NCBI GenBank assembly: GCA_964016885.1
Contig: OZ024746.1
Location: 24,676,001-24,740,000, forward strand
DNA length: 64,000 bases
Direction: 5' to 3'
From: Eledone cirrhosa
Taxonomy: Eukaryota
In this document: positions 43,293 through 55,827 of the stretch, piece after piece
Layout of the letters: each line of letters begins with the position of its first letter
How positions within the stretch are numbered: position 1 is the stretch's first letter
Notes under the pieces: generated by a model
The model's input: the letters and a program-made list of their open reading frames with translations, nothing else
The model's database searches: none
What the model was told of the DNA's origin: nothing
Translations under genes and position numbers: made by a program

Positions 43293-44622
43293 AAAGTTTT
43301 ATTTAAAATTGTTGGGATACAACAAGTAAATATTTTATAACTGATATAAAGCACTCGACAAGTTTTTGGAGTAGATATACGATATTAAATAAATGAAAAC
43401 TATATTTATAAAACCATATTTATTTCATTATACATATTTCAGGGATACCAAATTAAAATATGGCATGCCTTCGTCAGATAAAATATAAAATACAATATAT
43501 AAACAGTTTTATAAATAATTTTGATATATTGATATATTGATATTTGATTATCTCTATACAAAGGCCATTTGTGTGTATTAACATGCATATAAAAGGTTTA
43601 TAGAGTTTATTTATGTGTTCGTATATATGTCTGTATATGTGCATAGCGATGCTGGAAAACTCACGCAGATATTTATTTATACATATATATATGTATATGT
43701 ATGGTTCTGTGTGTATATGTTGATGTGTGGTGCAGATGTGCATAATATTAAATACATGAACGGTAATCATGTATGTGAGGACATGAATATTAATCGTATG
43801 TTTTATGTATATATACTGTGAAATTTTTATAACACAAGAAATGTATAGATTTGATCAGGTGAAATCATTTGTATGTCTATATTATTGACTAGAGTAGACA
43901 TAATTTTCTTTTTTCTTTTTTCAGAACGTACATATGCGTGTATACATATATGTATCCGTATTTTTATAAATAGGGTAATTTTTGAAGGCTTTAACTCAGA
44001 GTTTTAAACTAAACATATGGTCATTATTGAACAATGTGATTTTCTCATATTATATATCTATGTCTCATTCATGAATATTGATATTTGCATTGTTATTATT
44101 CATTTCATATGAATTGTTAATTCAACTTAATATGACATGACGTAAAGTTGTCACTGTATCCTCTTCTCTCTATATAGTACTTCCTCTCTCTTGAGTTTCT
44201 CTATCTGTATGATGAATTATTATCTCTCTGTTGCTTTCTTTTGCCTTTCTTATTTCTTTCTTTTTTCTTTTTCATTTCCTCCTATCTATTTATATATATC
44301 TTCCTTTTTTCTCTCTCTCCTTCTTTCTCTCTCTCTCTCCTTCTCTCGCTCCGTTTTTTCTTTCTCTCCGTTTTTTTGTCTCTTTCTCTCCGTCTTTTTT
44401 TCTAACTGTGCTTAACACTATAACTAATAAAATAATTATAAACATCTCACTATCCAGACAGCTTCCAAAAATAATGGTCGCTTCTAATAGGGTACGTCAA
44501 AATTATTTATAAAGCTGTTTATATATTGTATTTTATATTTTATCTGACAAAGGCATCCCTGAAATATGTATAATGAAATAAATATGGTTTTATAAATATA
44601 GTTTCCATTTATTTAATATCGT
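43290..44622. mobile_element. Family C pair in inverted orientation (43290-43525 minus; ~44450-44622 plus)
   Basis: Both arms share the diagnostic TATTTTATATTTTATCTGAC; about 0.9 kb lies between them. Confidence 0.6.
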
Positions 44623-44632
44623 ATATATATAT

Positions 44633-44848
44633 GGAGGCGCGTGGCTCAGTGGTTAGAGAATTGGATTCACAATCGTGAGGTTGTGAGTTCGATTCCCGAA
44701 CCGGGCGATGCGTTATGTCCTTGAGCAAGACACTTTATTTTACGTTGCTCCGTCTACCTGGAGTTGCGACCGATAGACAGTATTAGCAATTGGAAAGACC
44801 AATGGAAACATTGTTTCCTCGGTCCGATTTGACGAAAGTCGATCGATT

Positions 44849-44851
<3 letters not shown>
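44633..44851 (+). mobile_element. Full-length tRNA-derived CORE-like SINE
   Basis: A-box TGGCTCAGTGG, B-box GAGTTCGATTCC, core TGTCCTTGAGCAAGACACTTTA; TA flanks. Confidence 0.8.
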
Positions 44852-44889
<38 letters not shown>

Positions 44890-45097
44890 AGAAAAAAGAG
44901 AATTAGTGTTGCAACGAAAGGAATTTATTGGACATATTACAATTGTTTCTCGGGCGACCAGCTCGAGGCACGATCGATATGGTGATCAAACCTGACTCTG
45001 AAATCGCGCGGTCCTCGGATACGTCTCGATTCTACGAAGCAGATTTTCCTATTTTCATACGGCCTACCACATACGAACGCTTTAAGCAACCAACACC

Positions 45098-45169
<72 letters not shown>

Positions 45170-45578
45170 GGTGTTGGTTGCTTTCTAGTTCATTCGTGAA
45201 GGAGTCTTTACACACACACATATATATATGTGTGTGTGTGTGTGTATCTATATATGTATGTGTGTATGAGAGAGAGGGGGAGAGAGGGAAATTGTGTGTG
45301 TATGTGTGTGTGTGTGTGTGTATGTGCGTGTGTGTGTGTATAAAGACTCCTTCACGAATGACCTAGAAAGTTCCCCTCTGAATCACAAGCTCGAACAAAG
45401 TATTTTTTGTGAGAGACGTGACATGGTAACTCATTTCTACAGCTGATTGAACTGGAACAGCGTGAAATAGTGTCTTGCTCAAGGACACAATGCATCACCC
45501 GGTCCGAGAATCGAACCTTAAACACTAACTTACCGGCACCTTAAACACTAACTTACATACATTCATATTTATATATAT

Positions 45579-45811
45579 AGGAACGAGTAGGACCCCAACG
45601 GCTGAGCTCAAGCCGTTTCGACGGCTAATTCTGGACTAAATTTTTAAAAAAATAAATAAATAAATAATTTATTTAGTCCAGAATTAGCCGTCGAAACGGC
45701 TTGAGCTCAGCCGTCGGGGTCCTACTCGTTCCTATTACCCACTCTACTACCCTAAGTATTGAGTACTTTGGTGCGTTATGGTCCACCTGGTTCCTTACCA
45801 CATTTCCTTCG

Positions 45812-45813
<2 letters not shown>
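45579..45813 (+). mobile_element. Family B foldback element
   Basis: Inverted arm 45579-45650; forward arm 45672-45813. Confidence 0.75.
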
Positions 45814-45872
<59 letters not shown>

Positions 45873-45984
45873 GGTATGTAAGTTAGGTGTGTATAAATGA
45901 AAAACGGAGTTTAAAACTCGCGTTAATACCCTGTAATTAATAAGCTCAAAGTTTAAAAACTGGGCTCTTTATAACATGATATAT

Positions 45985-46520
45985 AGAAATAAACACACAA
46001 AGAAGTGTTTTGAATTACATGGGTTGAAGAATCACTTTGGTACAATGCATATAATCTATGAACCAACGGAAAATACACAATAACCGGAAAAAAATGAATT
46101 AAAATGTACCAACCATTTCAATAACTATTAAACTCCTGGACAAACTACGGATAGAGTTTGTTTCGCCAAAAATTAATGGCTGTGTCACATAATCTCAGGG
46201 CTTCTTAACAGGAGTAGGGATTATATGAATAGCACATCTAGAGATAATTTAGGCAACTAAATATCTCACATGATGCAGATAGTAAGAGAACGAGTTAAAC
46301 CTCGTGCGACAGCCACTAATTTTTGCCGAAACAAACTCTATCCGTAGTTTGTCCAGGAGTTTAATAGTGATTGAAATGGTTAGTACATTTTAATTCATTT
46401 TTTCCGGTTATTGCGGTTATTGCGGTTATTGTGTATTTTCCGTTTTTTCATAGATTATATGCATTGTACCAAACTGGTTTTCAACCAATGTAATTCAGGA
46501 CACACTTCTGTGTGTGTTTT
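45985..46520. mobile_element. Inverted repeat with ~200-bp arms containing a hammerhead fold (46132-46215, minus; family H)
   Basis: ACTCCTG-TTAAGAA-GCC..GGC-GAAA-CAAACT ctatccgt AGTTTG-TC-CAGGAGT. Confidence 0.65.
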
Positions 46521-46558
46521 ATATATATATATATCAACTAGAAATTGAGAAATTGAGT

Positions 46559-46781
<223 letters not shown>

Positions 46782-46934
46782 ATATATATATATATATGTG
46801 TGTGTCAATCAATTTCTAGTTGATATAAAATGCTCGGATCTATTCATTGGAATCTTTGAGCATATTCTACGGTGGATATGACGCATGTCTCGGACATGAT
46901 ACCCTTAATTTAATTTTGGATATATATATATATA

Positions 46935-47149
46935 GGAACGATCGACTTTCGACAAATCGGACCGAGGGAACAATGTTTCCGTTGGTCTTTCCAATTGCTA
47001 ATACTATCTATCGGTCGCAACTCCAGGTAGAAGGAGCAACGTGAAATAAAGTGTCTTGCTCAAGGACATAACGCATCGCCTGGTCCAGGAATCGAACTCA
47101 CAACCTTACGATTGCGAATCCAATTCTCTAACCACTCAGCCACACGCCT
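46935..47149 (-). mobile_element. Full-length CORE-like SINE, inverted partner of 44633-44851
   Basis: Reverse-complement match over its whole length. Confidence 0.8.
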
Positions 47150-47186
47150 ATATATTATATATATATATATATAATATATATATATG

Positions 47187-47242
<56 letters not shown>

Positions 47243-47250
47243 CACACTCA

Positions 47251-47432
47251 TCCATTTACGACGTAATTCTGCACAGTTTCCGTCTACCAAATTCTACACA
47301 CAAGGCCATTGGTTATCCGAGGCTATAGAAAAAAAACTTCTTGCTGATGGTGCCGCGCAGTGTGATCGAATCGAACACGAAAACAAGTGGTTTCGAAGCA
47401 AACATCTTAACCACACAGCTATACCTGCGTCC
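47251..47432 (-). mobile_element. tRNA-derived SINE, second CORE-like family
   Basis: Reverse complement: GCAGGTATAGCTGTGTGGTTAAGATGTTTGCTTCG...TTTGGTAGACGGAAACTG. Confidence 0.6.
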
Positions 47433-47826
47433 ACAGCTATATTCTACCCTAGATATATTCTACCCTAGATATATTCTACCCTAGATATATTCCAGAGTAC
47501 GTTTCGGATTTCGTTTTCACTCCCCAGGCTGTGTTGATGTAATATCTATAAATAACTTCTTGTACACATGTATATATGTGTGTATAAATGCATATATGTA
47601 TGTATATAGGGATGTCTACAGGCATATATGTATAACATGTGTGTTCAAGCATTAATTATACTACGTTCGTGATAATATATTTCCGATATTTTATTTTTCT
47701 ATATATTTTCTATGTTTAAAAATATTCATCAAAATTCGGTAGATTAGATTAAGTTGCTTTGATTTAAATATATACGTGTGTATACATAGTATTATATATT
47801 GTTTACCTACATTTACAAATATATAC

Positions 47827-47904
<78 letters not shown>

Positions 47905-47951
47905 ATATATATATAATAGAAAATGTCAAACACAGATAAAAACAATTAGTG

Positions 47952-47990
<39 letters not shown>

Positions 47991-47991
<1 letters not shown>

Positions 47992-48550
47992 GTTATTCCG
48001 GGTTGAGTCGGAGGTAACCACAGTAAGTAAGGTACTCAATACATTGCAGAGTATAAAAGTTTTAATATAGATGAGATTCTACAGGACTAGAACTGTTTCA
48101 TTCTTTAGAAATCATCAGGAATCTGGGTATCAAAAAATAAGTATGGTATTTATAGGTCTCTTCATGTGGTAGGAGAGGGTAGTGGGTGGGATGGGTGTAG
48201 GTCATTGGTTGATAGAAAAGGGAATTCATTAAAAGCTAATTTTTTTAGAGTAACAAAGGCAGAAAGAATTCTATAAACAAGATCGGGATGGGGTGCCACT
48301 CCTTATTTTTAAGGTTCTCTTAAGCTAACAATGCCTAGATATCAGGTGTCTATAAGATCATTGGGGGTCAGTCATGGTTAAAGGATTTAAAGAAAAGGGA
48401 GATTCTTTAAAAGCTAAATTCTTTAAGGTTCTACTAAGTGACAAAGGCCTAGAGAATTCTATAGACCAATTCAAAATATTGAGTGCATATCATACCATTA
48501 TCTTCAAATTTCTCTTAAACTATTCAACTATATTCCAAAAATCAACAGAC
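47991..48550 (-). mobile_element. Longer family A copy (hammerhead 48075-48123) with upstream extension
   Basis: Full 133-bp unit plus ~430 bp of contiguous non-repetitive upstream sequence. The 5' boundary is uncertain. Confidence 0.65.
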
Positions 48551-48643
48551 ACATTCACAAACACATCACTCACACACTCACGCGCACCCACATACACCCA
48601 CACATACATATATACATATATACATATATACACATATACACAC

Positions 48644-48674
<31 letters not shown>

Positions 48675-48677
48675 TAT

Positions 48678-48740
<63 letters not shown>

Positions 48741-48909
48741 CATATATACACACACATATATACATACATACGTACACACATACACACATACATATACATA
48801 TATATATATATACACACACACACATACATACATACACCTACATATACATATATACACACATACACACATATACACATATACATATACACACATATATATA
48901 TACATATAC

Positions 48910-48943
<34 letters not shown>

Positions 48944-48982
48944 GATGGCTGCCCCCTCGTTATCGAGTATGGCCATTGCACA

Positions 48983-49060
<78 letters not shown>

Positions 49061-49139
49061 GCAATAATAATAATAACGACAACAACAATAATAATATACA
49101 TATTCATATATATATACACACACACGCACGCACATAAGC

Positions 49140-49177
<38 letters not shown>

Positions 49178-49185
49178 GATAGCAA

Positions 49186-50553
49186 CTAACAGTGCTGCGA
49201 TCGAATGTGGCTTTTTAGCCCAGCCAATGATCCAAAATGTCTTGCACAGAGTCGGCAACCAAAACACTTACTGGGAATAGTCGGCTGTGGTTGGAGTTCG
49301 TGTACTTTTGCATGTCGCTTGAGTCCTCCTGCTGATTTACATTCTCTACCACATGTTTGGCAAGCATGATGAGTAGCATCTCCAACAGCAGCCTGGTAGT
49401 CAACCACTGGTCTTACTTTATGACTGCGAAGATGACTTTCGAGTCCAGCTTTGCTTAGGCAGAGTCTCGCACAGACGCTGCATGTCAGAAACATAGGAGG
49501 ACCCTCGCCGTCTGGAAGTGCAACAGCAATACCCTTCCTCACGTCCCGCTTTACTTTCTCGTGTGCGATTCGAGATGCCTCAAAGGCAACTTTTCCCTCA
49601 TATACAGTCTTTCTCCATTTATTACGATCAGCAGCAATATTTTCCCATGTATCAGCAGAGATGTTAGCGTCTTTCAGAGAGGCCTTCAAGGAATCCTTAT
49701 ACCTCTTTTTTGGTTTATGTGGCGGTCGTTTTCCTTTAACCAACTCTCCATAGAAGAGTTGTTTTGGTATTCTAGAATCCTTCATCCTGGCAAGGTGACC
49801 ACTCCAACGGAGTCGCTGCTTAAGCACAAGAGCTTCTATACTGTCACACATAGAGCTTTCCAAAATCTCGACATCACTGATGTGGTCCCTCCAGCGAACG
49901 CCATGTATCCGTCTGAGACACATCTGATGGAAACGCTCCAATTGCTTAAGGTGACGTCGATATGTGACCCAGGTCTCGCAGGCATAAAGAAGACAAGAGA
50001 GTACACATGCCCTGTACACCTTTACCTTTGTCCTCCTGCATATGTCTCGCCGACCCCAGAGTCGCCTTTCTAGCTTTCCGAAAGCATCACTTGCTTTCCT
50101 AATCCTAAGTGAGATTTCACCGTCAAGGTTGCCGTATCGATTGACAGTGCTTCCCAGGTAGACAAACTGATCAACCACTCCAAGTCGTTTGCCATACACA
50201 TAGATGTTTGGTTCAGTGTACTGCCTACCAGGTGCAGGTTGGTACATGACGACGGTTTTCTTGAGACTGACAGTCAAACCCAGGGCAGTGCAAGCGTCAG
50301 AAAATACATTCAAAATGTGCTGCATATCACTCTCTGTGTGCGCTACAAGATCGCAATCATCTGCATACAAGAGGTCTCTTATGACTGATGTAAATACTTT
50401 TGTCTTCGCAGCAAAGCGCCTGATGTTAAATATGCTGCCTGAGGTTCGATATCGGATGTAAACACCATGCTCGCAATTCCTGAATGCAATACAGAAAACC
50501 ATTGCAAAGTATATGGCAAACAGGGTCGGTGCTGGAATATCCCCCTGTTTCAC
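49186..50553 (-). CDS. RTE ORF, C-terminal part: reverse transcriptase and three C2H2 zinc fingers
   Basis: (GV)KQGD, LYADD, FVYLGS, LRWSGH; CSVC..H...H, CQTC..H...H, CRLC..H....H. Confidence 0.92.
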   Translation of the reverse strand: MKQGDIPAPTLFAIYFAMVFCIAFRNCEHGVYIRYRTSGSIFNIRRFAAKTKVFTSVIRDLLYADDCDLVAHTESDMQHILNVFSDACTALGLTVSLKKTVVMYQPAPGRQYTEPNIYVYGKRLGVVDQFVYLGSTVNRYGNLDGEISLRIRKASDAFGKLERRLWGRRDICRRTKVKVYRACVLSCLLYACETWVTYRRHLKQLERFHQMCLRRIHGVRWRDHISDVEILESSMCDSIEALVLKQRLRWSGHLARMKDSRIPKQLFYGELVKGKRPPHKPKKRYKDSLKASLKDANISADTWENIAADRNKWRKTVYEGKVAFEASRIAHEKVKRDVRKGIAVALPDGEGPPMFLTCSVCARLCLSKAGLESHLRSHKVRPVVDYQAAVGDATHHACQTCGRECKSAGGLKRHAKVHELQPQPTIPSKCFGCRLCARHFGSLAGLKSHIRSQHC

Positions 50554-52732
50554 TCCATTTTTTTACTGAGATAGGCTCCGACATGTTACCTCCGACATTA
50601 ACCCAAGCCTTCATGTCGTCATGGAAAGACCTAACTAAAGCAAGGAACTTATCAGGGCAACCAAGTTTCTGGAGAACCTTCCATAATGCATCTCTGTTGA
50701 CAGTATCGAAAGCCTTTGTCAGATCGACAAAAACCTGATACAGATCCAAGCCCTGTTCAATGCACTTCTCCTGGAGCTGTCTAGCTGAGAAGATCATATC
50801 AGTAGTGCCGCGTCCAACACGAAAACCAGATTGACTTTCAGGAAGGACACAATCTGCAATGTGTGTCAGCAGACGGTCCAGAAGCACCCTACATAAAACT
50901 TTCCCCACGACAGAAAGCAATGATATACCTCTGTAGTTCCCACAATCATTCCTGTTACCCTTTCCCTTGTACAAGACCACCATTACTGCATCTCTCCAGT
51001 CCTCAGGCACGGATTCATTAGCCCATATCCTTCCAAACAGAGAGTGAAGATGTTGCAGGAGTCTCTCACCACCATATTGTAGGAGCTCAGCATGTATGCC
51101 ATCCATACCTGGAGATCTTCCACTGTTCAGCTTCGAAATAGCCACTGCAACCTCCACAAGTGTCGGAGGCTCTGCGAGAGCTACTTTCACAGGACTTTCC
51201 GGAATGAGATTGAGGAAATCTTCACTGACGACAGACGGCTGATTCAAAAGATCATCAAAGTGCTCCCGCCACCTTCGTAGAATTCCCTGTGAGTCACGAA
51301 GAAGTTCTTTGCCATCCTTGCTGCGAATCGGTGTCACCAGAGAAGAAGACGGTCCATAAACCTCACGCAAGAGACTGTACAACAGCTTTGTGTTATTGCA
51401 ATCAGACGCAGTTTGTATCTCACCAGCCTTCTCACTCCACCACTGATCCTTCATCTGAGAAAGACTCCGCCTAACACGTGATTTTACATCCCTGAGCTCC
51501 TCATGCAACGTATTCCTCTCCTGTGGTCTTGCCGTCAAGTAGCGTGACAGAGCGCGCCTCTTATCAGCCAACAAGTCATCTATATGCACATCTTTCTCAT
51601 TAAACCAGTCCTGATGTTTTCTCTGCACCAATCCCAGAACACGTCTGCCTACATCATAAACCGACTTTTTAAGGGTCGGCCAATCCTCACCAAGATCTGC
51701 AGCCTGCATCTCTTCTTCCAATGTCCTCTTCACATTTTTATCCTTAAGACGAGCAGCATTCAATCTTTTGGGCAGGGTAACACCAGGAGCCCGGATTTTA
51801 CGTTTGGTGATTAGATTCACTTTTGCGCGTACCAGGCGGTGGTCCGTCCAGCACTCAGCTCCACGAAGAACACGAACACACCGCACATCCTGTCTGTCAC
51901 GCATCCTGACTAGGACGTAGTCCAAAAGATGCCATTCCTTAGATGCAGGATGCATCCATGTGGTCTTGAATTTGTTCTTTTGTTGGAACATGGTGTTGGT
52001 AACACACAGATCCAGCTCCTCACACATCTGCAGCAAGAGCATACCATTGCTGTTACACTTTCCCACCCCATGCCTTCCGATTACATTCCATGTGTTAAAA
52101 TCCCTACCCACTCTAGCATTAAAGTCACCAAGCACGATGACTTTGTCTGCCTGAGGGATATTTCTTAAAACACCTTTCAAGGCATGGTAAAAGGACAGTT
52201 TTTCTTCATCGACAGAATTCATAGTTGGAGCATACACACTCACCAGGGTAGCATATCTTCCCTTGTCCAGCGGAACTCTCATGGACATAAGACGCTCACT
52301 AATCCCCACTGGGAATTCTTCCAATTTATTCACCAGTACAGTCTTAACAGCAAATCCTACCCCAGCCTCTCTTCTGGTTCCTTCATCTCTTCCTTTCCAG
52401 AAGAATGTATATTCTCCACAAAATTCCGTAAGATGACCATCTCCAGCTAACCTCGTCTCAGACAAAGCCACGATGTCAAGATCGTAACGTCGAAGCTCCT
52501 TCGCAACAAGAGCGGTCCTTCGTTCAGGACGCTCCAAAGAATCCCTGTCAAGCAGCGTCCGTACGTTCCAGCAGCCAAGACTAAATGCCCTGTTTGGCTC
52601 TATTACAATGGCACGATGACGGGCGGGCCCAGGTTGTGATAACTTGGGGCCCCTGCCCTTATTGCCAATGATCTTTTTTGTTCCAGAACCCAAATTGGCA
52701 ATTATCTCGTTTACATTGTTCTGGAACATCAT
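50426..52732 (-). CDS. RTE ORF, N-terminal part: apurinic-like endonuclease and start of reverse transcriptase (true frame ends ~50560)
   Basis: WNVRTL, ALSETR, VYAPT, GDFNARVG, LDYVLV, TDHRLV; GRSPGMDGI, NYRGISLLS, QSGFR, FVDLTKAFD. Confidence 0.92.
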   Translation of the reverse strand: MMFQNNVNEIIANLGSGTKKIIGNKGRGPKLSQPGPARHRAIVIEPNRAFSLGCWNVRTLLDRDSLERPERRTALVAKELRRYDLDIVALSETRLAGDGHLTEFCGEYTFFWKGRDEGTRREAGVGFAVKTVLVNKLEEFPVGISERLMSMRVPLDKGRYATLVSVYAPTMNSVDEEKLSFYHALKGVLRNIPQADKVIVLGDFNARVGRDFNTWNVIGRHGVGKCNSNGMLLLQMCEELDLCVTNTMFQQKNKFKTTWMHPASKEWHLLDYVLVRMRDRQDVRCVRVLRGAECWTDHRLVRAKVNLITKRKIRAPGVTLPKRLNAARLKDKNVKRTLEEEMQAADLGEDWPTLKKSVYDVGRRVLGLVQRKHQDWFNEKDVHIDDLLADKRRALSRYLTARPQERNTLHEELRDVKSRVRRSLSQMKDQWWSEKAGEIQTASDCNNTKLLYSLLREVYGPSSSLVTPIRSKDGKELLRDSQGILRRWREHFDDLLNQPSVVSEDFLNLIPESPVKVALAEPPTLVEVAVAISKLNSGRSPGMDGIHAELLQYGGERLLQHLHSLFGRIWANESVPEDWRDAVMVVLYKGKGNRNDCGNYRGISLLSVVGKVLCRVLLDRLLTHIADCVLPESQSGFRVGRGTTDMIFSARQLQEKCIEQGLDLYQVFVDLTKAFDTVNRDALWKVLQKLGCPDKFLALVRSFHDDMKAWVNVGGNMSEPISVKKWSETGGYSSTDPVCHILCNGFLYCIQELRAWCLHPISNLRQHI

Positions 52733-52773
52733 TGAATTGGGAAAAAAAAAAAAAAAAAAAAAAAGTAATAATA

Positions 52774-52808
<35 letters not shown>

Positions 52809-53111
52809 ACACTATTAATAATTATTAATGCACTCGTGCAATGCCTGTGCGTGACGAATATTTTTAAAGTGAGGAAAGACTGTGCACTGAACCAATCCCA
52901 CTCTCTGAGCGACAGTAGCTATAACCCGAAAAGAAGAAAAGATCAACATCATCGGTAACTACTGAGCCGCAGGTTTTATATCGGAGTTAACCCAGTTTCC
53001 TGAGATGCCTTCTCCTAGAAGAATACCCTGACATGGGCTAGGGGTTCTTCACTCCCAGTGGTTTAACTGCGCGATCGGGCATCCAGCCCGATTATTTCTA
53101 TGTCCCCGCGC

Positions 53112-53152
<41 letters not shown>

Positions 53153-53318
53153 AAAAGTATATATATATACACACACACATACACACATAAATACACATAT
53201 ATACACACACACATATATATATATACATATATATACAAATATATACATACATGGGTGTATATGTATATGCATATGCATCTGCACACACACACACACACAT
53301 ACACACACACACATATAC

Positions 53319-53349
<31 letters not shown>

Positions 53350-53506
53350 CACACAGACACATACATATACACCTATATACACACACACACACACACATAT
53401 ATACATATACACACACAAGCACACACATACACATCCACAAACACATAGACACACATATACACACACATACACACACTCACACACACACACACACATATAT
53501 ATATAT

Positions 53507-53569
<63 letters not shown>

Positions 53570-53914
53570 TATACATATATATATACACATACATACACAC
53601 ACATACACATACATACATTTATAAATACAAATACATACACACACATACACACATATACATACAAATACACATACATATATATACACATATACATACATAT
53701 ATATATACATATATACACATATATATATATATATACATATATATATACACACACACATGCATATATATACATACATATATATACATATACACACACACAT
53801 ACACACACATATATATATATGTATACATATACACAAATATATACACACATACATACACATATATACAGACACACACACATACACATACATACATATATAT
53901 ACATACACATACAC

Positions 53915-53971
<57 letters not shown>

Positions 53972-53990
53972 CATATATATATATATATAT

Positions 53991-54022
<32 letters not shown>

Positions 54023-54309
54023 ACATACATATATATATATACACATATATATATATATATATACACACATATATATATATACATATATATATACACATAC
54101 ACACACATATATATATACATACAAATAAATAAGTACTCAATAAATATACGCATATACACAGGCACATAAAAACAGGCAGATAAAAACAGGCAGAACATGC
54201 AGATAGGTAAGAGGTACTCACATAACCATAGTGGCCGTATTTCAGGTTGAGGAGGGGTGGGGGTAGGGTGGGAAGGAGGTATAGGGGCTAAAAGGAGGAG
54301 GTCGTTTTT

Positions 54310-54509
54310 NNNNNNNNNNNNNNNNNNNNNNNNNNNNNNNNNNNNNNNNNNNNNNNNNNNNNNNNNNNNNNNNNNNNNNNNNNNNNNNNNNNNNNNNNNN
54401 NNNNNNNNNNNNNNNNNNNNNNNNNNNNNNNNNNNNNNNNNNNNNNNNNNNNNNNNNNNNNNNNNNNNNNNNNNNNNNNNNNNNNNNNNNNNNNNNNNNN
54501 NNNNNNNNN
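54310..54509. other. Assembly gap (200 N)
   Basis: Run of N. Confidence 1.
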
Positions 54510-55229
54510 ATACATTATATATATATATATATATACCATACATATATATACTATACATAATTATATATATAATACATACTATATATATACATACATATAT
54601 ATATATACATACATACATATCATATAATAAATAGTATACTATATAGATACATAATATATACATACATACATATATATATACATACATCCATATATATACA
54701 TACATACATATATATACATACATACTATATATACATACCTACTATATATATATATATATATATACATAAATATATATATACATACATATATATATATACA
54801 TACATATATATAAAATACATATATATAAAAATATATATACATACATATATATACAAACATATATATATATATATATACTACATAACAATACCTACATATT
54901 TATATATATCTACATACATATATATAATAAATCCTATATATACTATATATATACATACATATAATATATACATATATATACATATATATACATACATATA
55001 TATATATATACATACATATATATATATATACATATATATATATACATACATATATAATATATATATATATACATACAATATATATATACATACATATATA
55101 TATATACATACATATATATATATATATACATATATATATATGCATACATATATATATATATACATAATATATATGCATACATATATATATATACTATACA
55201 TATATAATAATACACATACATATATATAC

Positions 55230-55260
<31 letters not shown>

Positions 55261-55279
55261 CACATACATATATATATAC

Positions 55280-55310
<31 letters not shown>

Positions 55311-55311
55311 C

Positions 55312-55342
<31 letters not shown>

Positions 55343-55394
55343 CACATACATATATATATATACATACATATATATACACTACATACATATATAC

Positions 55395-55425
<31 letters not shown>

Positions 55426-55484
55426 CATACATATATATATATACATATATATATATACATATATATATATACATACATATATAC

Positions 55485-55524
<40 letters not shown>

Positions 55525-55827
55525 ACATACATATATATATATACATATATATAATACATATATATATATACATATATATAATATATATATATACATACAT
55601 ATATATATATACATATATACATACATAATATATATACATACATATATATATATATACATACATATATATATATACATACATATATATATATACATATACT
55701 ATATACATATATATATATACATATATATATATATACATACATATATATATATACATATATATATATTATACATATATATATATATACATACATATATATA
55801 TACATACAAATATATATATATATACAT

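Larger units (their letters stand above)
48944..53111 (-). mobile_element. RTE-clade LINE retrotransposon, near full length
   Basis: Single APE-RT ORF, 5' UTR shared with the non-autonomous family, microsatellite-containing 3' UTR. Confidence 0.93.

Noticed and set aside
44633-44705. tRNA gene
   Set aside because: Continues directly into the SINE core and tail.
48374-49189. 271-aa ORF
   Set aside because: Short unique part runs antisense to the family A extension, then into microsatellite.
49451-52450. Plus-strand ORFs over the RTE
   Set aside because: Antisense shadows of the RTE coding sequence.
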